From: Cytobacillus sp.
GTDB lineage: Bacteria; Bacillota; Bacilli; Bacillales; Cytobacillaceae
Direction of reading: 5' to 3'
DNA length: 64,000 nt
Assembly: GCF_032154635.1 (NCBI RefSeq)
Contig: NZ_JALDXW010000008.1
Span: 55,568-119,567, forward strand
The notes under the pieces were generated by a model. The model saw only the letters and a list, made by a program, of their open reading frames with translations. It was not told the DNA's origin and ran no database searches. Shown one piece after another: positions 47,209-56,803 of the stretch (position 1 is its first letter; each line of letters opens with the position of its first letter). Made by a program: the position numbers and the translations under genes.

Positions 47209-50200
47209 TTATTTCATTACGGTAACTATCTTTTTTTGGTTCTGTTCAACTTTCTGAACAGCGCGTTTATATTCCTTTGGGATGACCTTCACCCATATCG
47301 GCAACAGCTCGTTCCAGCGTTGAAGAATATACTTTGCTCGTGAACTGTTTGTATAATTAAGATATTTTTGAATGAGCTGCTTTAAGTCATTTACTTCTTT
47401 CCCCTTATCAAGTGGCTCCAAAAATACTAGATCCCGATTGCAGTTTTTATAAAAGCTTTCATAATCCTCAGCAAAGACATAGGCGATTCCTCCAGACATT
47501 CCAGCTGCAAAATTTTTTCCAACTGCTCCAAGGACTGCAACACGCCCCCCTGTCATATACTCACAGCCATGATCGCCAATTCCTTCTACAACAGCATGAA
47601 CACCACTATTTCTAACACAAAAGCGTTCCCCTGCTAACCCGAGAATATAAGCTTCACCTGATGTCCCTCCATAGAAGGCAACGTTTCCAATAAGCGTATT
47701 CTCTTCGGGAACAAATCCTGATTTAGCTGATGGCTTTACAATGATTTTTCCGCCCGATAGCCCTTTGCCTACATAATCGTTTGCTTCCCCTTCAAGAGTC
47801 AAAGTAACTCCTCTCGGTAAAAATGACCCAAAACTTTGACCAGCCGCTCCCAAAAAATGCAAGTCAATTGTATCTTCAGGAAGACCAGCTTGCCCATAGT
47901 GCTTCGTTATCTCACTTCCTACAATAGTGCCTACCGTCCGGTGAATATTTTGAATTGGAAAACATGCCTTTACTTTCCTGTTTTTTGTCAATGCTGGCTG
48001 ACAAACTTCCAATAGCATCCTTTGATCGATTGAACGTTCAAGCTTGTGATTTTGTGGCCGTTGATAATAAACTCCTCCGTTATATAAAGCATTTGGCTTA
48101 TATAAAATTGCTGAAAGATCCAAGTATTTTGTTTTCCAATGTGTTTTGGATTGATCTATTTGCTTTAGTCTGTTTGTCTGGCCAACCATCTCGTTGATCG
48201 TTCTAAATCCGAGTTTTGCCATTATTTCACGAACATCCTGGGCAATAAATCGCATAAAATTAACTAAATATTCCACTTCCCCATAGAATTTCTTGCGTAA
48301 TTCTGGATCTTGGGTTGCAATCCCAACTGGACAAGTATTTAAATGGCATGCACGTACAAGAACACAGCCTAGGACAACGAGGGGAGCTGTGCCGAAACCG
48401 AATTCCTCTGCTCCTAAAAGGGTTGCAATGACCACATCTCGGCCAGTCATCATTTTCCCATCCGCTTCTATTGCAATTCGGTCTCTTAATCCATTTAGAA
48501 TCAAAGTCTGATGCGTTTCTGCAAGTCCTATCTCCCAAGGCATGCCTGTATGTTTAATGCTTGTTTTCGGTGCTGCTCCAGTTCCTCCTTCTGATCCGCT
48601 GATTAAAATGACATCCGCCAAACCTTTTGCAACACCTGCAGCAATCGTGCCGACTCCTGCTTTTGCGACTAGCTTCACACTAATTCTTGCTTTTGGATTG
48701 ACATTTTTCAAATCATGAATCAGCTGTGCGAGGTCTTCAATGGAGTAAATATCATGGTGCGGCGGTGGGGAAATGAGGCCAACTCCCGGAGTTGAGCCTC
48801 TCACTTCTGCGATCCATGGATAAACTTTGCTTCCCGGTAAATGCCCACCTTCTCCAGGCTTTGCACCTTGTGCCATCTTAATTTGGATTTCCTCCGCATG
48901 AACTAAATAATGGCTTGATACACCAAACCTTCCTGAAGCGACTTGTTTTATCGCACTCCCTCTTCTATCACCATTTTCATCTGGGCTACTTCGCTTTGGA
49001 TGTTCTCCCCCTTCCCCGCTATTGCTTTTTCCTCCAATCCGATTCATCGCAATTGCGATTGTTTCATGCGCTTCCTGGCTTAGTGAACCATATGACATCG
49101 CCCCTGTTTTAAATCGTCTGCAAATCGATTCAATACTTTCAACTTCGTCTATATGAACTGGTGAGGACTTTTTAAATTCAAACATTCCACGCAAAAAAAT
49201 CAGTTGTTCTTCATTGACCTGTTTCGCATATTTTTTATATAATTGATAATCATTCGTGCGACATGCATGCTGCAGAAGATGGATGGTTTCAGGACGAAAT
49301 GCATGGGCTTCCCCGCCTTGACGCCATTGAAAGTCACTGCCACTCTCTAATGATTCTTCTTTATCATTGGAAAGGAATGCTTCCGCATGACGAAGCAGTG
49401 TTTCTTTCGCAATATCTTCTAGTTTCAATCCGCCTAACCTTGCAGATGTCCCAGTAAAATACTTATCAATAACGAGAGGATCAATTCCAACAGACTCAAA
49501 AATCTGTGCTCCTCGATAGCTTTGAATAGTAGATATCCCCATCTTAGAAATGACTTTTACCATTCCGTGAGTGACTGCTTGAATGTAGTTCTCCATTGCT
49601 TGTGCATAATCTTTTGTTTGAATTTGCTTGCTATCTATCAAGTCTTTAATCGTTAAAAATACTAGATATGGATTGATGGCATCTGCCCCATACCCGATCA
49701 GCATACAAATTTGATGAACATCACGAGCCTCACCTGTTTCTGCGATGATACTTACCTTTGTCCTAGTTCCTTGTCGAACTAAATGATGATGGAGCCCACT
49801 AACCGCAAGCAATGCTGGAATACCTGCAGCATTTTCGTTCATATTTCGATCGGACAAAATTATGATGGCTGCCCCTTTTTTTATCGCTTGATCCACCGAA
49901 AAAAATAAATGATTTAATACACCTTCTAGATCCTGTCCTTCATTTTTGATATCAAATAATATAGGGAATGTTGCTGTTTTAAATGAAGCAAAAGGATTAT
50001 GGCGAAGCAGGTTAAGCTGTTCATCCGTACAAATTGGCGTCTCCATTCGAATGCGTCGGCAGCTTTCTGCCGTTGGTTTTAGTAAATTTCCTTCAGCACC
50101 AATCAATGTAGCTGTTGATGTAACAAATGCCTCACGTATGGCATCAATCGGGGGATTTGTTACTTGGGCAAACAACTGTCTAAAATAGTTATATAATAGC

Positions 50201-51741
50201 TGTGAACGTTTAGAGAGAATGGCTAAAGGGGTATCATTTCCCATGGAACCAACAGGCTCTTTTCCTTCCATTGCCATTGGCATAATATGCTTTGTCAGCT
50301 CTTCATACGTGTATCCGAATGCACGTTGGAATCGTAATAGATTTATAAATTTATCGTGATGGAACGACTTTTCGGCAGGCAGTTCATTCAAATGGATTTG
50401 CTTTTCATTTAACCATTTTCGATAGGGGAAATCTTTTGCTATGTTCTGTTTTATTTCCTTATTCGAGAGGATCTGACCCTTTTGTAAATCTACTAGCAGC
50501 ATTTCTCCAGGACGCAATCTGCCTTTTTGAATAATTTGATCAGGATTAATATCAATGACGCCTGCCTCAGATGAATATATGATGGTATTATCTGCTGTTA
50601 TATAGTAACGTGCTGGCCGGAGACCATTGCGATCAAGCATTGCACCGATTTGCCTGCCATCCGTGAATGCTAAAGCAGCAGGTCCATCCCACGGCTCCAT
50701 CAAATGGCTATTAAATTCATAAAATGCTTTTAATGAATCATCCATTTCTTCGTCTTTTTCCCACGGCTCCGGAACCATCATCATTGCTGCGTGAGATAAA
50801 GAGCGGCCAGATAACGTCAAAAACTCTAGACAATTATCAAAAGAGGATGAGTCACTGCCATCTAAATCTATAATGGGTACTATTTCATTTATATCGACTC
50901 CAAAAACTGAAGATTCAATGATTTTTTCCCGAGCTTTCATCCAATGAACGTTTCCTTTTAGCGTATTTATTTCGCCATTATGAATTAAATATCGGTTTGG
51001 ATGCGCTCTTTCCCAACTTGGAAATGTATTCGTGCTAAATCTTGAATGGACAAGCGAAAATGATGATTCAAAAATTTCTTCCTGGAGATCAACAAAATAA
51101 GCATCTAGCTGTTCAGGTTTTAGCATTCCTTTGTAAACGATTGTCCTGGAGGAGAGACTGGAAAAATAGAACATTTCATTTCCATTCAAATGTTTTTCGC
51201 GAATGGCTTTTTCCGATCTCTTTCGGATAACATAAAGTTTTCGTTCAAATGAATCTTCATCCATTTCTTTTTCTGCTTTCCCAATAAACACTTGGCGAAT
51301 ATACGGCTGACTTTTTTTAGCGGGGGTCCCAAGTGTTGAATCATCAGTAGGAACTGTTCTCCACCCTAGTACTTGTTGTCCCTCTTCCTTGATGATATTT
51401 TTTACTACATTTTCACATAGTCGACGCCATTTTGGATTTTGCGGCAAGAATATCATTCCAACTCCATAACTCCCCATTTCCGGTATGTTCATCTTCACAC
51501 ACTTAGCTAAGAAAAAATCATGGGGAATCTGGATCATGATTCCGGCCCCATCCCCAGTGAGTGAGTCAATTCCTTGGCCCCCTCGATGCTCTAATCGATT
51601 AAGCATGGATAACCCTTGCTTAATTATCTGATTCGACATGGAACCTTTTACATTGGCAATAAAGCCAATTCCGCATGCATCATGTTCAAAAGCTGGATCA
51701 TATAGCCCTTGTTTCATTGGAGTTAGTTTCTTTCCCATCAT
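47209..51741 (-). CDS. gltB: Glutamate synthase large subunit
   Basis: Ntn amidotransferase start FEHDACGIGFIA, FMN/3Fe-4S central region, C-terminal beta-helix. 1510 aa. Called gltA in Bacillus nomenclature. Confidence 0.95.
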   Translation of the reverse strand: MMGKKLTPMKQGLYDPAFEHDACGIGFIANVKGSMSNQIIKQGLSMLNRLEHRGGQGIDSLTGDGAGIMIQIPHDFFLAKCVKMNIPEMGSYGVGMIFLPQNPKWRRLCENVVKNIIKEEGQQVLGWRTVPTDDSTLGTPAKKSQPYIRQVFIGKAEKEMDEDSFERKLYVIRKRSEKAIREKHLNGNEMFYFSSLSSRTIVYKGMLKPEQLDAYFVDLQEEIFESSFSLVHSRFSTNTFPSWERAHPNRYLIHNGEINTLKGNVHWMKAREKIIESSVFGVDINEIVPIIDLDGSDSSSFDNCLEFLTLSGRSLSHAAMMMVPEPWEKDEEMDDSLKAFYEFNSHLMEPWDGPAALAFTDGRQIGAMLDRNGLRPARYYITADNTIIYSSEAGVIDINPDQIIQKGRLRPGEMLLVDLQKGQILSNKEIKQNIAKDFPYRKWLNEKQIHLNELPAEKSFHHDKFINLLRFQRAFGYTYEELTKHIMPMAMEGKEPVGSMGNDTPLAILSKRSQLLYNYFRQLFAQVTNPPIDAIREAFVTSTATLIGAEGNLLKPTAESCRRIRMETPICTDEQLNLLRHNPFASFKTATFPILFDIKNEGQDLEGVLNHLFFSVDQAIKKGAAIIILSDRNMNENAAGIPALLAVSGLHHHLVRQGTRTKVSIIAETGEARDVHQICMLIGYGADAINPYLVFLTIKDLIDSKQIQTKDYAQAMENYIQAVTHGMVKVISKMGISTIQSYRGAQIFESVGIDPLVIDKYFTGTSARLGGLKLEDIAKETLLRHAEAFLSNDKEESLESGSDFQWRQGGEAHAFRPETIHLLQHACRTNDYQLYKKYAKQVNEEQLIFLRGMFEFKKSSPVHIDEVESIESICRRFKTGAMSYGSLSQEAHETIAIAMNRIGGKSNSGEGGEHPKRSSPDENGDRRGSAIKQVASGRFGVSSHYLVHAEEIQIKMAQGAKPGEGGHLPGSKVYPWIAEVRGSTPGVGLISPPPHHDIYSIEDLAQLIHDLKNVNPKARISVKLVAKAGVGTIAAGVAKGLADVILISGSEGGTGAAPKTSIKHTGMPWEIGLAETHQTLILNGLRDRIAIEADGKMMTGRDVVIATLLGAEEFGFGTAPLVVLGCVLVRACHLNTCPVGIATQDPELRKKFYGEVEYLVNFMRFIAQDVREIMAKLGFRTINEMVGQTNRLKQIDQSKTHWKTKYLDLSAILYKPNALYNGGVYYQRPQNHKLERSIDQRMLLEVCQPALTKNRKVKACFPIQNIHRTVGTIVGSEITKHYGQAGLPEDTIDLHFLGAAGQSFGSFLPRGVTLTLEGEANDYVGKGLSGGKIIVKPSAKSGFVPEENTLIGNVAFYGGTSGEAYILGLAGERFCVRNSGVHAVVEGIGDHGCEYMTGGRVAVLGAVGKNFAAGMSGGIAYVFAEDYESFYKNCNRDLVFLEPLDKGKEVNDLKQLIQKYLNYTNSSRAKYILQRWNELLPIWVKVIPKEYKRAVQKVEQNQKKIVTVMK

Positions 51742-51841
51742 TTCACCCTTTCTTGTAAATGATATAGAACCAATGATTATTTCTCTGTTTAACCTTATTA
51801 AATATTTAAAATTTTCTTATTTTTATATTGTATATCCCTGT

Positions 51842-51898
51842 ATTAATCTAATCAATATGTATTTTATATGAAATTAATCTATATTTTAGATTGATTAA
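51842..51898. promoter_or_regulatory. AT-rich repeat/dyad cluster upstream of the glutamate synthase operon (candidate LysR-type boxes)
   Basis: ATTAATCTA at 51842..51850 and again at 51873..51881 (31-bp spacing). Dyad ATC-N9-GAT at 51877..51891. Confidence 0.3.
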
Positions 51899-52104
51899 TG
51901 ATTTCAAGAGAGAATATTTATTCCTTAGTGCCTTTCATATAAGTCATCTGCATTTATGTGCTCTCCAAAACAACTTTGATTTTAGTTATTAACACATTGA
52001 TATCTCCCTATATTTATTCATTAGAAAAACTCCTTATTTTTTGCAACTAAAAAAAGACACTAACAATAGTTAGTGCCCTAAAACTAATGATGCTTAAAAC
52101 AAAA

Positions 52105-52344
52105 TTATTTCGTTATTTTCCGCAACAACATCTTTTCTTGCTCACGTTCCTCGTACCATAACTTCAAATGAGTGAAGATTGTAAATAGAAGAAAAAAGTT
52201 CATCGCCCAAATAGAGATAAAAGGCCCAATCCCGCCAAAATCAATTGTTTGGTAGTTTTTTAATAACAACACGATATAAGCTTCAACAAAAACGAGGATA
52301 AATCCCCCAACCCCAGCAATAGTCATCCGTACCAAACTTTTCAC
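52105..52344 (-). CDS. Small two-TM membrane protein
   Basis: Hydrophobic 79-aa ORF followed by a terminator at about 52050..52085. The start is uncertain: GTG 52344, TTG 52335 or ATG 52326. Confidence 0.5.
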   Translation of the reverse strand: MKSLVRMTIAGVGGFILVFVEAYIVLLLKNYQTIDFGGIGPFISIWAMNFFLLFTIFTHLKLWYEEREQEKMLLRKITK

Positions 52345-52503
52345 TCCCGATTTCCTTTTTGTAATTATTGTAATCTATTTCCAACATATTTTATATGATT
52401 ATGCTCACTAAATTGTCATATTTTTATATAAATTGCTATTGATTTTTGATTCTCATCATTAAACTAAATTGTTGCTAATTTGTTCACAATAATTTTACCA
52501 ACT

Positions 52504-52519
52504 TGTGAATTTTATCACA
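52504..52519. promoter_or_regulatory. Second perfect FNR/CRP-type box, upstream of the DoxX-family gene
   Basis: TGTGA-ATTTTA-TCACA. A TGgTATTTA or TATGAT -10 lies 30-34 nt downstream of the box centre. Confidence 0.65.
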
Positions 52520-52596
52520 ACTCTTCGTTTTTAAATGGTATTTATGATATTTTTTAGATGTAATCATTAAATATTTATTGGAAGGAGCCATTAATT

Positions 52597-53103
52597 ATGT
52601 TTATAAAATGGATTAGAGAAAGTCAAATTGCAGCCGGAATTTTAACAATTATTCGATTATATGTCGGCTATTCATGGATAACTGCTGGCTACCATAAAGT
52701 AGCAGACGGCTTCGATGCTTCTGGATTCTTACAAGGGGCGGTTGCAAATGCTACTGGTGATCACCCTGCAGTTCAAGCTTGGTGGGCTGCCTTTTTAGAG
52801 GGAATTGCCATACCTAATGCTAGTTTATTCAGTTTCCTAGTTGCATGGGGAGAGTTATTAGTTGGACTCGGACTTATACTCGGCTGCTTAACTACTGCTG
52901 CTGCCTTCTTTGGGATCGTTATGAACTTTGCTTTCCTTTTCTCTGGAACAGTCAGTACGAATGCTCAAATGGTTTTATTAACGATATTTATCTTAGTTGC
53001 AGGTTTCAATGCTGGAAAAATTGGCCTCGATCGATATGTTATCCCTTTTATTCGAAAACAAACGAAAGGGAAGTTCTATCAGGGTGGATCCATTACTTCA
53101 TAA
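52597..53103 (+). CDS. DoxX family membrane protein
   Basis: RLYVGYSWITAGYHKV, FDASGFLQGAV, WGELLVGLGLILG. GGAAGGAG SD. Confidence 0.75.
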   Translation: MFIKWIRESQIAAGILTIIRLYVGYSWITAGYHKVADGFDASGFLQGAVANATGDHPAVQAWWAAFLEGIAIPNASLFSFLVAWGELLVGLGLILGCLTTAAAFFGIVMNFAFLFSGTVSTNAQMVLLTIFILVAGFNAGKIGLDRYVIPFIRKQTKGKFYQGGSITS

Positions 53104-53140
53104 TAAAAAGGCTGTCGAGACAACTCGACAGCCTTTTTTA
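53104..53140. terminator. Bidirectional terminator
   Basis: AGGCTGTCGAG/CTCGACAGCCT stem flanked by A- and T-runs. Confidence 0.85.
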
Positions 53141-53159
53141 TTTTATTATTTTCCTATGT

Positions 53160-54827
53160 TTATTCGAAATATGCCCATTTATACTGAACATCACCAAGAC
53201 CGGAAACAGCAACATCTTTTAAGTTTTCAGCCTGTACCCAGTTATTTGTGTAGAAGTAGATAGGTGCAACTGGCATATCTTCCATAAACACCTTTTCAGC
53301 ATCTTTTAATAGCTGTTGACGTTTATCATGGTCGCCTTCAGTAGCGGATTTAGCTAATAAATCTTGGAACTCTTTGCTTTCCCAGCCTGTATCGTTGTTA
53401 CCGCCTTCAGCATCACGGTACATTTCAAGGAAATTGATTGCATCGTTAAAGTCGCCTAACCAGCCCATACGAGCAACTTGGTAATCTAATGCATGTACTT
53501 TATCTAAGTATACAGCCCACTCTTGGTTATCTAGTGTTACTTCAATGCCAAGATTGTTCTTCCACATATCTTGGATTGCCTGAGCAATTTTTTGATGTGT
53601 TTCACTTGTGTTGTATGAAAGCACGATCGCTGGAAGCTCAGAAGGATCTTTATATCCAAGCTCTTCTAAACCTTTTTGTAAAAATTCTTTCGCACCTTCC
53701 ACATCATTATCAGGGAAATGTCCTTTTTCGTTTTCAGGGAACATGGATGGTGGCACAATACCCATTGCAGGTAATTGTTCACCTTGAGTAATGTTCTCAA
53801 TTAATTCCTGACGATTAATGGCATGTGCAAGAGCTTTTCGAATATTTACGTTGGCAGTTGGTCCTTCAGTTGTGTTGAACTTATAGTTGTACACACCAGC
53901 AATTGGTTGGGTAATTAAACGCCCATCATCTTTTAGAGCTTGCATCGCATCCGTTGGAAGAGCACCTGTTGGAGCACCTGCCCAATCAAGCTCTCCGTTA
54001 TCAAACATTGATAATTCAGTATTTGGATCATTAATCATAATCATTTCAATCGTTTCTAATTTTACCGTGTCGGCATCCCAATATGTTTCATTCTTTTCAA
54101 GAAGAATCTTATCGCTGTGAGACCATTCAGTCATAACGAAAGGTCCATTAGACGTATAGTTTTCACCAGCATCATTTGCCCAATCAGGGTTTGCTTCGGC
54201 AATTTTGCTGTTAATTGGCAGATAAGTATAGAATGCTGTTAACTCTAAAAAGTATGGAGTCGGGTTAGCTAATGTAACTTCAAGTGTTTTGTCATCTTTT
54301 GCTACAACGCCTACATCATCAAGCGAACCGCCATTTAAGTTAGCATCTTCCCCGCCTTTAAGATAATAAAGCTGGTATGCATACTCAGATTGGTTATTCG
54401 GATCTAATGCCCACTTCCATGCATATTCAAAGTCTTTTGCAATGACAGGGTCTCCATTTGACCATGTAGCATCACGTAAAGTGAAGGTATAAACCGTTTG
54501 ATCATCAGAAACTTCAATTTTTTCTGCTGCAGCTTCTTCCGGCTTACCATCTTTATTAATTCTAGTTAAGCCCTCGAATGTTTGACGAAGCACTGTACCA
54601 GAAGTAGCATCTTTTGCTAATCCAGGGTGTAGTGAAGGTGGTTCTGTATTAATATTTACACGTAAATTTTGCGGTACATCTGGATTTGCTTCAGCAGTTT
54701 CTTTGCCGCCTGACTTTTCACCGTCGTTCGAAGCTGGTTCATTGCTTTTCCCGCCACCGTTACAAGCAGCTAGGAACATACTGAGAACGAGCAGCATACT
54801 AAAAAAGAAAGATAATCTCTTATTCAC
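53160..54827 (-). CDS. Oligopeptide ABC transporter substrate-binding lipoprotein (OppA/AppA family), orphan
   Basis: Lipobox FLAACNGG, family 5 SBP length (555 aa). No permease or ATPase genes are adjacent. Confidence 0.88.
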   Translation of the reverse strand: MNKRLSFFFSMLLVLSMFLAACNGGGKSNEPASNDGEKSGGKETAEANPDVPQNLRVNINTEPPSLHPGLAKDATSGTVLRQTFEGLTRINKDGKPEEAAAEKIEVSDDQTVYTFTLRDATWSNGDPVIAKDFEYAWKWALDPNNQSEYAYQLYYLKGGEDANLNGGSLDDVGVVAKDDKTLEVTLANPTPYFLELTAFYTYLPINSKIAEANPDWANDAGENYTSNGPFVMTEWSHSDKILLEKNETYWDADTVKLETIEMIMINDPNTELSMFDNGELDWAGAPTGALPTDAMQALKDDGRLITQPIAGVYNYKFNTTEGPTANVNIRKALAHAINRQELIENITQGEQLPAMGIVPPSMFPENEKGHFPDNDVEGAKEFLQKGLEELGYKDPSELPAIVLSYNTSETHQKIAQAIQDMWKNNLGIEVTLDNQEWAVYLDKVHALDYQVARMGWLGDFNDAINFLEMYRDAEGGNNDTGWESKEFQDLLAKSATEGDHDKRQQLLKDAEKVFMEDMPVAPIYFYTNNWVQAENLKDVAVSGLGDVQYKWAYFE

Positions 54828-54964
54828 AATTTTCCCCCCAATATTTTATCTCAAACGGTGTTTTCGTTTTGTTACACACCTAATATACGACTTTGTACCT
54901 TATGTACTTGAATTTTCTCTAGCAATTAAGTCATGTAAATTACTAGCTATAGGCACAAATGCGA

Positions 54965-55041
54965 ATAAATAGTCGGATAGAATTAAGCTTTGTAACATTT
55001 TTGTAAAACTCCGTCTGTTAAGATTATTATAAATAGTCGGA
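54965..55041. repeat. 13-nt direct repeat pair upstream of the OppA-like gene
   Basis: ATAAATAGTCGGA at 54965..54977 and again at 55029..55041. Confidence 0.6.
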
Positions 55042-55151
55042 AAACTTTATGCAAGTAGTTTTCAAATTTTTGCACCAGCCAGCAATTATCCTTAGTTTTA
55101 CAGGATAAAAAACCAACACTATGACCTTTGGAATATATGAAACGCTTGAGC

Positions 55152-55790
55152 CTATTTTTGCTTTTCTCTTACAGCATTCCTATTATGTTTGTGATAGTAT
55201 TTTTTAATTAAATAAAAGAGTAATATTAAAAAAAATGCAAGAACTCCTAATACGTATTCGTTTATTTCCCCTGAAAATAATCCCGCTGGTATAAGAGACA
55301 AAATGAAAAAATAAATAAAATTACCGAGCGAAGTAGCTATAATAAATTTATTTAATCGAATCGCACTTAATCCAGCCGTTATATTAATAAAACTCGTTGG
55401 AATAAAGGGAATCACCCTTGCTTGGAGCACATATAAAAAACCATGTTTTTCCCCAATATTTATTATTTCCGGCTTTATTTTCCTCAATAACCAATCTTGA
55501 AACCCAACCCTAATTCCAAGAAACACGATTATGCTTGAGATTATGCTCGTTACCCAGCTCCATAAAAAGCCATAATAAAATCCATATAATGCAATATTTA
55601 AAGAAATGACTAAGATAAGTGGAATAATAGTAAATGAATTTTGGATAATCATAATAATAAAGGTGATACCGAGAGTATAATATATATTTTCACCGAGTAA
55701 GGATGTAATGGTATCGATATCCCCTGATTTTAACACGGGATATAAGCTTGATTTAAAAAAGAAATAAATGGCTACAGTAAGTAATGCCAA
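55152..55790 (-). CDS. TVP38/TMEM64 (DedA-related) family membrane protein
   Basis: Polytopic. RVIPFIPTSFINITAGLS motif. Confidence 0.75.
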   Translation of the reverse strand: MALLTVAIYFFFKSSLYPVLKSGDIDTITSLLGENIYYTLGITFIIMIIQNSFTIIPLILVISLNIALYGFYYGFLWSWVTSIISSIIVFLGIRVGFQDWLLRKIKPEIINIGEKHGFLYVLQARVIPFIPTSFINITAGLSAIRLNKFIIATSLGNFIYFFILSLIPAGLFSGEINEYVLGVLAFFLILLFYLIKKYYHKHNRNAVREKQK

Positions 55791-55930
55791 AAATATGATT
55801 AACCTATGTAAGGTTCTTATAACTCCACCCCCAAATGAATCACAAATGTCTTACCATCATCATATCAAATTTGTATGAAACCATTGTAAAAAAAATAAAG
55901 CACTTGGTCATCCAAGTACTTCTCTCTGCA

Positions 55931-56317
55931 CTATTTTTCTTTAGTAAAGGTTAATAAGAAAAAGAATAAAAAGCTAAGTAATAATACGGATCCTCCTGCG
56001 ATATATAGGATTGTATTTATTGCTGGAGAAAGGAACTCAGGTTTAAAAATAAATAAAGTCATTCCTCCAGTTAATCCTATTGAACCTATAATAGCAGTAT
56101 ATACATGAAGCTTTGCTAGCAGTCCTATTTTTGGTTGAAATATTTTATAATAAACAGCCCATGCAAATATTGTTAACCAGCCAACAACTAATAAATGAGC
56201 ATGAATGGGTCTAAAAGCATAGCTCCCTGCCCCTGCCATATGTGATCCTAAAAACGCGCCAATTAGTGCAAAAAATGCTGATAATCTTAATAATAGCGTA
56301 CTGTAATTATGTTTCAT
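55931..56317 (-). CDS. 128-aa four-TM protein carrying the H-L-x3-G-W motif once (single-module relative of the 410-aa protein)
   Basis: IHAHLLVVGW at residues 39-47. Size equals one repeat of the protein at 20560..21792. Confidence 0.55.
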   Translation of the reverse strand: MKHNYSTLLLRLSAFFALIGAFLGSHMAGAGSYAFRPIHAHLLVVGWLTIFAWAVYYKIFQPKIGLLAKLHVYTAIIGSIGLTGGMTLFIFKPEFLSPAINTILYIAGGSVLLLSFLFFFLLTFTKEK

Positions 56318-56423
56318 CGAACCATTCTCCCTTAATATAAATTTCCCCTATTTTCATAGTGTTAATTTATATTATGAATATGAACGGATGATGAATGGAA
56401 TATTACAATTCTCTTTGTTTATT

Positions 56424-56594
56424 CTAACCTTTTCGTAAACTGATCGCACACGTAGTGACCTTGTCTTTTTTATTCTCAACATTTATTTCACCGTGGCGCA
56501 TTTCAACGATTGAATAAACGATTGATAAGCCGAGACGAGTTCCTTCAACCTTACGGGTTCTTGATGAATCAACCCTATAAAATCGATCGTACAT
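56424..56594 (-). pseudogene. Histidine kinase C-terminal (HATPase_c) remnant
   Basis: MYDRFYRVDSSRTRKVEGTRLGLSIVYSIVEMRHGEINVENKKDKVTTCAISL corresponds to the G1-F-G2 end of a sensor kinase, with a degenerate G2 box. Upstream codons read NTAIGMNEGEI then an in-frame TAA. Further HK-like pieces in shifted frames run up to about 56750. Confidence 0.6.
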
Positions 56595-56803
56595 TCGTTA
56601 GATTTCTCCTTCATTCATTCCAATAGCAGTATTCTAAAACTCTCTTATTTTAAAGAACTTATTTATTTTACATCAATGGAAATCGCACATTTCGAAATAA
56701 GCTGTTTCTTAGTTAATTTCCAAGAAAGAAATAGTTGTCGTACAAGCATCCCATTATGAATAAAATGGGTAAAAATGAGACAGCAATGTAAGGAGATGTA
56801 CTT

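Noticed and set aside
47412-51871. Eleven short + or - ORFs inside the glutamate synthase large-subunit gene
   Set aside because: All are nested in or antisense to a 1510-aa gene with unmistakable GltB motifs. None has start signals.
52845-53263. 125-aa and 88-aa + strand ORFs overlapping the DoxX gene and the terminator
   Set aside because: They are alternative frames of the DoxX gene and run through a strong bidirectional terminator and into the OppA-like gene.
54991-55007. TnrA/GlnR-like site TGTAACATTTTTGTAAA upstream of the OppA-like gene
   Set aside because: It has two mismatches to TGTNAN7TNACA at core positions in AT-rich DNA, so it is not distinguishable from chance.
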